Source: Perkinsus chesapeaki ATCC PRA-425
Lineage: Eukaryota > Protista > Perkinsozoa
NCBI GenBank assembly: GCA_013115145.1
Contig: JAAPAO010000178.1
Location: forward strand, 1 to 57,334
Direction: 5' to 3'
DNA length: 57,334 nucleotides
Positions within the stretch are counted from its first letter, which is position 1, and the number at the start of each line of letters is the position of its first letter. The notes beneath the pieces were generated by a model, which worked only from the letters and a program-made list of their open reading frames with translations, ran no database searches and was not told the DNA's origin. The position numbers were made by a program, and so were the translations under genes. Shown one piece after another: positions 1 to 10,937 of this stretch.

Positions 1-761
1 AATACTATCAAAGCGATCATTCGGCGGAGGATCATTAATGGTCTGGGGCGCCATAGCAGGAGATGAGAAAGTGCTCCTGGCCGAGGTTAACGGGAACTTG
101 GACAGCGAAGGGTACCAGGGGCTGTTGGAAAGAGACCTTTTACCTTTTTTGGAGGAAGGAAGGGAGCGTGGGGTCGAATATACCTTTCAACAAGACAACG
201 CCAGGCCGCATGTGTCTACTTCCACCAAGGCTTGGTTAGACCGAAACGGTGTTGAGTGCTGTGTTTGGCCCGAAGTGAGCCCAGATCTCAACTGCATCGA
301 GCACTGCTGGGGAAGGCTAGCCTGTATTGTATACGGGGATGGGAAGGGTCCGTACAATGACAAGGTTGAGCTCAGAAAAGCGATTTTCGAAGCCTGGGAT
401 TCTCTGACAAGTGAATACATCAGCAAGTTGACCAATTCTACTAAAAGCCGCCTAGTAGAAGCCCTTAAGTGTGGTGGGGGGCCCACTAGATACTGTTAGT
501 TACTTTCGTAGTTTCTTTTTGTGAGCGCATGTCATGCCTAGTTATTATCAGCCAAGACATTGTTGTGTGATATTATTTTGTGGACGTGCTGAGGGTAGCC
601 GTTTCAGATATCTTCCGAGGGCGTGCGCGAAATCATATAATTTTACCATGATAATTTTTGTCATGACTAAAAACCTAGGAATTCAAAATTTCGTGTTACG
701 AGTCGTTCTTGTTGTCGAGAAATATTGAAAAATGCATGTGTGATATAATTTTGTGGAGGGG
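1..761 (+). mobile_element. Tc1/mariner (DD34E) DNA transposon, right portion; left end outside window
   Basis: Transposase C-terminal half, then a ~260-bp tail with two copies of TGTGTGATAWWATTTTGTGGA (564-584, 737-757), as in IR/DR-type Tc1 ends. The exact right end (~761) is uncertain. Confidence 0.8.
2..499 (+). CDS. Tc1-family transposase, C-terminal DDE catalytic region (5'-partial)
   Basis: Frame is open from nt 2: SFGGGSLMVWG, FQQDNARPH, WPEVSPDLNCIEHCW. There are 34 residues between the second D and the E (DD34E). Confidence 0.92.
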   Translation: MLSKRSFGGGSLMVWGAIAGDEKVLLAEVNGNLDSEGYQGLLERDLLPFLEEGRERGVEYTFQQDNARPHVSTSTKAWLDRNGVECCVWPEVSPDLNCIEHCWGRLACIVYGDGKGPYNDKVELRKAIFEAWDSLTSEYISKLTNSTKSRLVEALKCGGGPTRYC

Positions 762-1012
762 TTTATATATTACTCCTATGCCACCTCCTTATTACATTTA
801 TATATTACTCCTATGCTACTTCCTCATTACATTTATATATTATTCCTATGCCACCTCCTCATTACATTTATATATTACTCCTATGCCACTTCCTCATTAC
901 ATTTATATATTATTCCTATGCCACCTCCTCATTACATTTATATATTATTCCTATGCCACCTCCTCATTACATTTATATATTATTCCTATGCCACCTCCTC
1001 ATTACATTTATA
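762..1012. repeat. 35-bp minisatellite, ~7.2 copies (consensus CCACCTCCTCATTACATTTATATATTATTCCTATG)
   Basis: Full units start at 781, 816, 851, 886, 921 and 956, with partial units at 762-780 and 991-1012. Confidence 0.97.
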
Positions 1013-1108
1013 AATTGCATCTCATGTACTCTCGAAATGTATGAGGTCCGTCGAAATCTCAGCCGTCTTTAGATGGCTGGTAATGTATATATCCTAAACT
1101 CCGTTCAG

Positions 1109-3185
1109 TTACGAGATCCTTGCCGAGGATACGCGAGTTAAGGATTTCTTCGGCAAAGGGGTTTTGGAGAGGATAAAACAGCCACAGACAACAGTCTTGG
1201 TTGAACTGTTGGGTGGTCCAAAGGTGTATCAAGGTCAGTTCCAAACTACAGGTCGTGGGAGTCGAACCTGTGCGGTTAGGTCGAGATCTTCCGGCAATAC
1301 ATAAAACACTGGGCGTCACCGATTACCACTTCGATGCTTTTATAATGGACTTCGACAAGGCCCTCAGTGGGGCAGGACTGGATTCGGATCTTATCGACGA
1401 GGTTGTTATAACCTTGGAGCCTTTACGAGACGTCATCCTAGGGCGAGATCCAGGTGGGGAGGGAGGGGGTTGAGTAGCGCGCTCTGAAGGGAATCGCTCT
1501 CGTTATGAAAGGGGAAATAATCGAGCGCATGGGCGCGCTTCTTGTCTTCGCGAAATTCGGGTGTTCGCTGGACACTTACTAGTCGAACGCTCGGTCGAAA
1601 CGATCTTATTATCCCCTCTGCAACAAAACTGTCGATAAGGCACTTGTGCCAAGCTATGAATTAGGAAGGGTTGCCTGATGAAATGGTATCAGTAAGCTCT
1701 TCTGCACACTGAACTGTGGGGGTCTGATACATTGTTATTCATCGCTTCAACTTTTTCACAACGTGGAAACTTTTTAGGTCTTGGAATGCTTAACATTGAT
1801 GTAAGAAAGTTCTGAATGTAATCTAAGAAGTTGAAGTGAAAATTAATCCTTGAAAAACTTATGTACTTTTTTCCCAATCGCGGTAGGAATGGTTCAGTGC
1901 CGTTCGGTGAGTCTTTGCTTTTTTAGGTGAATCTGCCCTGGCTCAACAAATGAAGCAGAAAAACGGCAAGCCTGTGGTGGAGCGGCTGGGTGGGGATATG
2001 AACCTTGAGACTATAGTGGAAGGAATGTAAGATGCTACTTCACCGACACTTCCCTTGTTCGTTATTCGGTTATTGGTACTATTGCTGTACCTTTGAACGC
2101 ATTATAAGTGTATCCTATGTTGATACGTAAAGGTTTAGGCAAATTCATTTTCCCTTCGTATTTCGTTGTTGTTTACGTTGATAAGATCCGAGGCGCACTG
2201 TGTACGTACCGTTGTGATGGGTTCGTGGTATAGGTACGAAAAGGCACAGGTGGACGACCGACTCAAGTTCTTCTTGGACAAGGGGAAGCAGAAGATCAGA
2301 CAAATCAAACAAAAAATGTCGTCGTGCAGAATTGCTTCCTTCTTTGAATTAGTGTTCCCTCTTAGGTACCAATTGATTTGCGGAGCGCTCGGTGGCCCGA
2401 AGCTGTATGATATTGCGAAGCTGAAGCCGGCGCATTACAATATGAACATCACCAACTATCATTTCGATGCTGTAAGCCAGAATGCAATCCGGCATGCATC
2501 TTTCGGTTAGATATTGAACTGTTTTTCTGAGATGTGTCGCGAGATGGGCATCGATGCTGATACGACTGATGATGCTTGTCTGGTGAGAAATGACTGATAC
2601 TAGCCGCCATTAGTATCTGGGAGCCTCAGATATTAAACAGCGTCCGAGGCGATATCACAACAGGGTGCTCAGTCCGTATGGAACTGGCGAAGAGGCGTAG
2701 TCAACTTGACGGTGAGATGCGTACTTGAGCCTAGGTTGAGTTCTGCTTTCCAGGCGATGACCAACTCTTCGCGCGCCTCGGTGGCCTTGAGGGAGTCGAA
2801 GATGTTGTTAGTCGTCTCTACGAATGTGTTGAGAGGGATAAACGAATCAACAACTTCTTCACGGGAGCGAAGCTGCAAGCTATCAAACGCAGTCAGAGCG
2901 ATTTCATAATAAAAACGCTTGGCGGGCCCACAAACTACAGCGGTCGAACTCTGGAGGAGATCCATGCTGTTTTGGCCATCACCGATTTCCACCTGGACGT
3001 CTTCTTCCAGCTGATGGCTCGGTCGCTGAGAGATTGCGGTCATGATGGCGATACAGTCGATGAGGTGTGGACGAGCCCGCCTCGTGGAAGATATTTGTTT
3101 TGGTCAGGTGCTCGTGAGGCTGGAAGATCTGCGGAAGCATATACTGGCTGCCCATTACGAGAAGAAGGGTTATGTTGTTAGGTGA
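1109..3185 (+). CDS. Multi-domain truncated haemoglobin paralog, 5'-incomplete (last three globin domains; possibly a pseudogene)
   Basis: Spliced exons give YEILAEDTRVKDFF..GGPKVYQ|GRDLPAIH..; VVERLGGDMNLE..M|YEKAQVDDRLKFF..PAHYNMNITNYHFDA..; LFARLGGLEGVE..EEIHAVL..HYEKKGYVVR*. These are collinear with domains 6-8 of the gene at 3296-9131 and share several introns. Confidence 0.85.
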
Positions 3186-3295
3186 TGCATGACACCATGT
3201 TTGGCTTTAGCCTTTTAACGTGTTACTTCATAAGCCTTTGCTGATGTGATGTTGGTCAATTAGGGCGATTTCTATTACAGAACGGCCAAGTCAGA

Positions 3296-6200
3296 ATGGC
3301 TGACATCGTCGGCCTAATCACGAATGTTGAACGCGCGCACAATGATCTGCAGCAACTACGAACTAAGATGGCCAGCGTTACTGGTGAGACGATCAACATG
3401 GCCATGGCACACATAATGTATCAGGCAAACTCGAAGCGATAAAACAACAGGTTGGCCCGACTGCGGGAGGCGGGGCTGACGGCACGACCCCAATTAATGC
3501 TCATTACGTGCAGAGCGAGCTGAGCCGAGCACGAGAGACACTTGACAGGTGAGACAAAAACTGCTTGTAACATACCTTCCGTGAAGTAACCTGCGCCTAC
3601 GGGCTTGGAAATTCTAGTTTAAATAGTTCGAGAAGGATTATCGATAAAAATCTAAATTTCTCGCCAACCCCATACCGAATATAATTATGGCTGGTATACC
3701 GTTAGAAAGTCACCCTCGAGAGCTTTCGAACTTCGCACGCATCGTCGAAATGCTCGGCCTCCTGAGAAAGTTATTCAAAGAAGCCCATTTTTGGGGGGAC
3801 ACCCTGTAGGAGACCGAGCGCGGCCGAATCATGTGCACTGAGAAGACCGACTACTTAGGTTCATGACAATGGTTCGGGAACAAGCTGAGAAGCAGGATGC
3901 CACTAGCGCTGATGATGAGCTGATCGAGGCCGAGGCCACCATGGAGACACTTAGGAAGAAGATGACGGGCACCGATGACAAGACCAGACCGCTGTAGAGG
4001 ACGCAACCGTCGAGCGTACCTCAGGCATCCGTTCTCCCTCAGAATCGAAAGGCTAGGCGGTGACACGGCAATCGAAACATGCGTGAAGCTCGCCTATGCC
4101 CAGGCTATGAAGGATCCTCGAACAAAGTAAGGTCATCGATATTGACCGGAACCGACGTTATTTTAGGGCGTACTTCTACAAAAATAAGAGAAAAATGACA
4201 TCCATTAAGAAGAAGATGCACCAGTATCTTGCTGGAGCCTTCGGTATCGCCTTGCTTGTGGAAATGTAAAGGCAGCCAATCTGATCAGGCGGTGCTTCAA
4301 CTTACGATGAGGAGGATCTTAAGAATGCCCATTATCAACTCAACATAACCGATTTTCACTTTGATGCGGTAGGCCTTCCTAATGGGGGACGTTCGTTCGC
4401 TATGGCGACTGGATCCGGAGGGGACCAGATTATAGAGCTAGCAGTGGTGTTATAGACTGGTATGAATGATTGATACGATATCGCACAGCACAGCCTTGGG
4501 GCCCGAATGGGAACGTAATTATTCGGGAGAAAGTAATGCAGAATTGCTGTATTATTCTGCATTAGCCTGGCCTGCGAAATAACTACAATAAGTGTATTAA
4601 CACCTAATTAGCATTGTCAATAATACTGGCTCAGCATATCCTTTGCCTCGCTCCGCCACAGACCGTGAGGAGCTCATCGATGTTTGTGAATCAGAAGGTC
4701 AATGTCAGGTGGCGGAGATGTTCCATGAAACTTTTGTGGCTACTGGAGCTCATGCCAACGCAGTGAGAGTAAGAGGAGCTGCGCTAGCTTGGAGATGAGT
4801 TTTGAATTGAGCAGGATGCGATGAAAGTGCTGGCGGCTACAAGGAAGGATATTACAACAGGCTGTACAGTGAGGATGGAGCTGGCACGGAGGAGTACAGA
4901 GAAAGGACTTGATGCCCTATTTCGACGGTAAGACATTCTCCTGTGAAAGAGGCTTCGCTGTGTTGGAATACGTCCACTTACCGACCTCTGTGTCGGGCAT
5001 GCATGAGAACTCTCATTTTTTCATGGAGTATCTTCGAAGCCTAGTGAGGCGATTAGGAGAGAAAAACGATGCCTTCGGTAAACTTCCGACTGAGCAATGC
5101 AACTCCCGTGCTGACTTTACGTATGCTAGCAGAAGCATCATTGCCGATATTCAGGCTTGGAGAAGAAGCGGGCATTGTGGAGTTCGTCGACCGTCTTTAC
5201 GACTTGCTTGTCGGGGATAAGAGAGTCCTGCCGTATTTTGAAGGGAAGGACGTATGGGCGTAAGCTGGGAAGAGCTCGACAGTCTTCCGAGGAGATCAGT
5301 CGAATCCAGTTCGGTCTCCGGAATCTCAATTTTCAGGATCAAACAGAAGCAGCTCGTCTACATAACATTCTTACTTGGCGGCCCTAAAGCTTACCAAGGT
5401 GAGATACGCGTTTTGGAACGAAGCAGTATACGCTCCTACTCAGGGAGAGATCTTGCTGAGATACACGAAGGTCTCGGCATTGACGACTACGGTTTCGACT
5501 GCTTTACTATGAACTGTGAGAAGGCTTTAGCCGCGATGGGCGTGGACGAGGACACAATTGACGAGGTGGTCACGCTAGGTGCAGGAAAAACGGCCAGCTC
5601 GTCGCTCGTTATTAGATCATCGTTACAATCGAGCCTCTACGAGACGAGGTGCTCAACAGGAAGCGAGGACTTCGGGCTGAGACTAAAATAGTAGACGGTC
5701 AGTCCATTTTGCAAAGGATCGGTGGCGAGATGAACTTGGAGGCGGTAGTGGAGACCATGTATGTTCTGACTCTCAGCAGGGGGATCGAGCAGCTCCCGTG
5801 TGGTTAGGTTCTCTGGCTGTGTTGTCGACCCAAGAGTGAAATACTTCTTCACGAAAGAACCCGGCAAGCTGGGCGGAATTCAGGCGAAGCTGGTAAGAGA
5901 GTCATCCCAGCCGCTTGAATGAAGGCTCCGTATGCAGGTCCAGCTCTTGACTGGTCTAATGGGAGGCCCCAAGACTTACGACTACGCCCGGTTGAGACCG
6001 GCACATTATAATCTTAACATCACAGATTACCAGTTCGATGCCGTTGTGGAGAATCTGCAGGTGAACCGTAAACAGGAGGAAGACGGTCCGACACTGTGTT
6101 GATGGCAGGTTGCGTGCAGTATGATGGAAGTCTCGGACGTTGTTATTGCTGATATCACCGAGGTTATCTCGACACTGCGATCCTACATTACCTGCGGCTG

Positions 6201-9131
6201 CGTGGTCCGGTATGAGATAGCAAGGAAGAAGACTGAGGCTGCTGGTAAGTCACGTGTGGCTGTCACGCGCTGAGCGGAAATATGGTACCGCAATCTGAAT
6301 TCAAGAAATGGTCGATGGGGAATGCTTAGTAACGCACTCCGAGCTGATCATTTTTAGGTACCGAAGGACTGTTCAACCAGCTTGGCCAGGACGAGGGAAT
6401 TACAAAGTTTATGGACTTCTTGTATGACCTAGTTACACAGGATGATAGGATAAAGCACTTCTTCCAAGGCGCCAAGCTTGATGCAGTGAAAGAGAGTCAG
6501 AGTAAGTTAATGCAGCAGTTGTGGTTGAATGCCCAGCTGCCCCTCTTTCGCATACTTGTTTTTACAGGTGTATATTTCAAAGAACTATTCGGCTCATCAA
6601 CTCACTATACTGGACGAGACATTCCCTCCATACATTCACTTATCCAAATATCTGACTTCCACTTCGATTCCTTCTTGGACTCTGCCAAGATAGCATTGGC
6701 GAAGCTGGGCATGGACACCGATACCATCGATGACTGTAAGAGCTCGCTCAGCGGTCTTGTTCACATGCAAGTGTTCAAGAAGCAGTATTTATCGCCTGCC
6801 TACCTTATCAGTCGGGAAAAATAGGAAATATTTCTTCTAACCTGAATCACGTTGCTTAACCGTAGCATTGGGCTGACGCAACACGGCTCTAGACTGTATT
6901 GCTCAGGCATCGTCCTGATGGAGTCCGCTCGTAAAAAAGTCGTCAACCCAGAGCTTATGAATCACGATGTCAAAAAGGCCATGGAGCTGGCCAATAAGAA
7001 GCCTTTGTAGGGTTGGAAGAGGGGCCGTTGTGCGGCGGCCTTTATTGGCTGGCTCTCAGATACGACAGGCTCGGAGGAGAATATACCATCACAAAGTTGA
7101 TGGAATCTACTTACGACAAGGCATTGGAGGATGATAGGTTACGCTTCTATTTTGAGAAGAACAAGGCCAAGGTGACCAGTATAAAGAAAAAGATGACACA
7201 GTTCGTGTCGGGCCTGACGGGAGGTCCTTCTGGTTATGATATCCACGATCTCAAGTACGTTGGACAACGTTGACTGGCGGCTCAGCTAGATTAATATTTC
7301 AGACCTGCCCACTATTCGATGAATATCTCCAACTTTCATTTCGATACCATGCTCGGTTTGCTTGCCCAGACGATTATTGAAGACTTGAAAGTCGAAAAGC
7401 CCGTTGCTCGAGAGCTGATGTCGTTGCTCCAGCCAGTCAGGGCCGACATCACCACCGGATACACTGTGAGGTCCGAGATGGCCAGGAAGAACATCGAGAA
7501 GGGTAAGCCCGGTGACTTGGGACAGTTGAACCGGGTCAACACTTAGGTTTGGACCATCTCTTTGAAAGAATGGGAGCAAGGGACGGCATATTGAAGCTTC
7601 TTGACAGCTTGTAAGAGATAGCCGTTCATGGTAGGAAATTACTGTGTTGCAGGTACCAGCTGGTTGCCGGCGACCCTCGGATAAAGGACTTCTTCGGCGA
7701 TGGCGCGTTGGAGAAGATCCGAGAGGGGCAGACGATTGTCCTGGTAGAGCTATTTGGTGGTCCTAAAGTCTACAATGGTAAACAGACGCAAATATGATCG
7801 ATATCTCAAAGAGGTTGGTGCTTTCAGGCCGGGACCTGGCCGAGATCCACAAGAACTTGAACGTCACCGACTATCACTTTGACTGTTTTTGCGCCGATTT
7901 CCAGAAGGCAATGATGGGTCTTGGAATGGATGAGAATCTAATCGATGAAGTCCTCATTACCATGGAGCCTCTACGACTCACTATTCTCGGTCGGGACGGC
8001 AGTAAGTCGAAAACGGTTGCCGGTCGAGTAGCGGTTATTTGCAGACGAGGCAGCGCTGGCTGCTCAAATGAAGGTAAAGGACGGAAAGAGCGTCATGGAG
8101 AGACTCGGCGGTGACATGAATTTGGAGGCCCTCGTGGAGTCTATGTAGGCCATGAAATGGTTGGCGTCTCTCCGATTTTGCGAGAATCTGCTGTGGGGTC
8201 AGGTTCGATAAGGCTATGACGGACGATCGGATCAAATTCTTCCTGGACAAAGGAAAAGCGAAAGTCCGAAATCTGAAACAGAAAATGTATCAGTTCATGT
8301 CGGGTGCTTTCGGAGGACCAAAGCAATACGATCCAGCAGCGATAAAGCCCGCGCACTATAACATGAACATCACCGACTTCCATGTTGATGCTGTAAGTCG
8401 AGCGCATTGAAATGGGTTGCCAGCGTTTTCGGCAGATGCTCGACTGTTTTTCGGATACATGTCAAGAGATGGATATCGACCCTGATACAATAGACGATGC
8501 CATCATGGTAAGCTGCGTTACGGACAGTCTCGCTAGTGGTGCCGATTCGGCACTGCCGAATTAGGTCATGAACAGTGTCAGAAGCGACATCACTACCGGT
8601 TTCGCGCTACGGCGTGAGTTGGCTCAGAAGCGGGACGGCCAAGACGGTGAGTGTGGGTCTTGATAGACGTGGAGTTATTTTCTTCCGATCAGGTGAAGAC
8701 CAACTCTTCGCGAGGCTTGGCGGGTTGGAAGGTGTTGAAGAATTTGTAACGCGACTCTACGAATGCGTGGAGCGAGATCGACGCATCAACCAGTTTTTCA
8801 CTGGGGCGAAATTGAAGGCTATCAAACAGGCCCAGACAGATTATATAATCAAGGCTTTGGGGGGACCGTCCGACTATACCGGACGATCGCTCGAGGAAAT
8901 ACATGCCGTGTTGGCAATTACTGACTACCACTTGGATTGTTTCCTCCAACTGGTCTCGAGGGCGTTGCGAGACTGCGGCCAAGATCAGGAGACCGTTGAT
9001 GAGGTGAGTGCTTCGATTAAGCTGGCAATTGTGTCATACTGGAGTTACCTCAGGTTGTAGTAAAGCTCGGATCTCTGCGAGGAAGCATACTGAAGGCGTA
9101 TTATGCCAAGATGGGGTATACGGCTAAATAG
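3296..9131 (+). CDS. Eight-domain group I truncated (2/2) haemoglobin with an N-terminal coiled-coil extension, multi-exon
   Basis: ATG at 3296 (MADIVGLITNVERAH..). GT-AG splicing joins in phase through 8 domains, each with a (R/Q)(L/I/M)G(G/E/Q/A) start, F at CD1, an EF GG(P)/GS motif and proximal His F8 (AH or IH), most followed by a (H/Q/G)FD-type G-helix motif. TAG at 9129-9131. Confidence 0.9.
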
Positions 9132-10526
9132 GAGCTCATAACATTTACCAATACCTATGTTCATTCCTTAATCATGCTGTCTTCTGTTGTGAATTGTCCT
9201 TTGCCGAGTTTCGAGTTACCAGTCGAGTTCTAAGACGCATTTCACTCCATATACAACTGAGCTGAGCTGTGCTCATCCTACTAATCTAGTCTATAAGGCT
9301 TTAATATTTGCAACCATAAAGCGAACATCACACTGCGACGGCCATGTAACGCGCGAGTGTCATGTTCGCAGGTGGAGAAAGCATGTGGAGCAAGAGTGTC
9401 GTGTGCTCGTCACGTGCTCGAACGCTGCAGGGGCGTGAATGTATTCTTCACTACATTTAGAGGTAGCAAAAAGTTCAGCTGGTAACAGAAGGCGAAGAAA
9501 TCAAGTAGCGTTTTCCACAGTATATCGGTAGCTATTGGGGCCCAGGTCGACGCAACGAGTGCCACTCACCGGGTGTAGTGCTCGCTGCTGCTGCTTCCAT
9601 TGAATTCCTCGCATCCCGCTGGGGCGAGCGATATCCGTGGAGAGTCGAGAATGAGTCTGTCCTAGCCCAAGCCCCAGGGGTCCTCATCACCAGGGATCCT
9701 ATTCAAAGATACCCGCCACAACATGCGCCAAGATGCGCTTCACCTCACGCGCACATAACAATATGAACGCCAGGAGCGTGTATTTCGGCGCAATGAGGCG
9801 TGTATGTTCGTACCTTTGAGATGTTACACGACAAAATACAGATACGTTCGGCAATGCCGATTGGTTTCCGAAAATCAATAGTAGCATTGAGGAGGAAGAC
9901 CGCGATTTGAACTGTCCGTTATACGTACCGAGGATGAATCGCATTGATGTAATCCCTCGGGACCGTCACTGCGATCAACTGCTGCCCGGATGGGCTTACG
10001 GGGTGCATGAATGTTCAAACAATGAAGGTTTACTCTAACAGGGAGCTCAAGTTTATCTGTGCCAGAGGCAAGAAAGAGAAAGCAAGCAAGTTTGGGTGCA
10101 GTTCGTTAACGCGATCTCCTATCAATGGAACGTCACTAAAGCCACGCACGGTGAGAGACATGGCGGCGGCCCTCCAGTGATTACTTTCCCCTATCTCTTG
10201 ATTTATACCACTAATCCTCTGAAGAGCTGAGCCAATACGGATAAAACTATGCTGCACAGGACCGTTTAGTCGAGCTCGAAGAGGTACTGGAAACCGTGCA
10301 CAAGGCAGATCCAACATGTAGCGCCACGACGCGGACTGCGCGTCTGCGTGCAGATGTACGCAGACATCAACTAGCTGTGCCGTATTCCCCCTACTAACAG
10401 GTTCAAAGCCTAGGGGTTTCGTCGTCGAGCGATAAGGCTATCGAGTCTCTCCGGGTGAGGTCTTCGAGTCCTCGATGTTCGACGTTCGCACAACAAACCT
10501 TCCTATAGACTTTTCGCCTACTTGCG

Positions 10527-10784
10527 ATGTCATTCAACATCTTCTACACTCTGCTGGCTACTCTACTCGTTCAGACTGCTTGTGAACTTATTCATTGTGA
10601 TCCCAGGTTTGGAGGAGTTCCTTGGGAATGCTGGAAGAGAAAACTGACTATATGCTACTGGAACATTTGTACAAAGAAGTGTAAATCGGATCAGGAATGC
10701 AAATCCGATAAGTGGCTGGGCCCTGCAGCTCCTTTCTGCCATCCTGTTGGAGCCCCACTCGGAAGTGTTTGTCTGTACCAGTGA
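10527..10784 (+). CDS. Small secreted cysteine-rich peptide (hypothetical)
   Basis: ATG start, hydrophobic signal-like N-terminus MSFNIFYTLLATLLVQTA and 9 Cys in 85 aa including C-x3-C-K-S-D-x2-C. A 45-nt intron at ~10781-10825 could extend it to ~10897. Confidence 0.6.
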   Translation: MSFNIFYTLLATLLVQTACELIHCDPRFGGVPWECWKRKLTICYWNICTKKCKSDQECKSDKWLGPAAPFCHPVGAPLGSVCLYQ

Positions 10785-10886
10785 TGCTTTGGAATTGAAG
10801 CCCTCACAGTAGCTTCTCTCTATAGTTCGGCAACTGATACCTCGCCGCTCGACGGCGACAGGAGTGCACTCTGGTATCAATGCAAA

Positions 10887-10937
10887 GCTATGTATTGAAC
10901 CAGTGCGCAGTGACTGCGCACTGGTTCAATACATAGC
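10887..10937. repeat. Perfect inverted repeat, 24-bp stem with 3-nt loop
   Basis: GCTATGTATTGAACCAGTGCGCAG-tga-CTGCGCACTGGTTCAATACATAGC. Confidence 0.97.

Noticed and set aside
762-1012. CRISPR-like array
   Set aside because: Repeats are head-to-tail with no unique spacers, in a eukaryotic context without cas genes.
709-1072. Three overlapping Tyr/Ile/Pro-rich ORFs
   Set aside because: They are translations of the 35-bp minisatellite, with no evidence of coding.
1510-1620. Imperfect inverted repeat (GGGGAAATAAT..TTATTATCCCC) in a long globin intron
   Set aside because: Too short and mismatched, with no TSD identified.
9400-10320. Possible spliced minus-strand gene (ORFs 9699-9944, 10030-10317)
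   Set aside because: Could not build a consistent exon chain or recognise a family.
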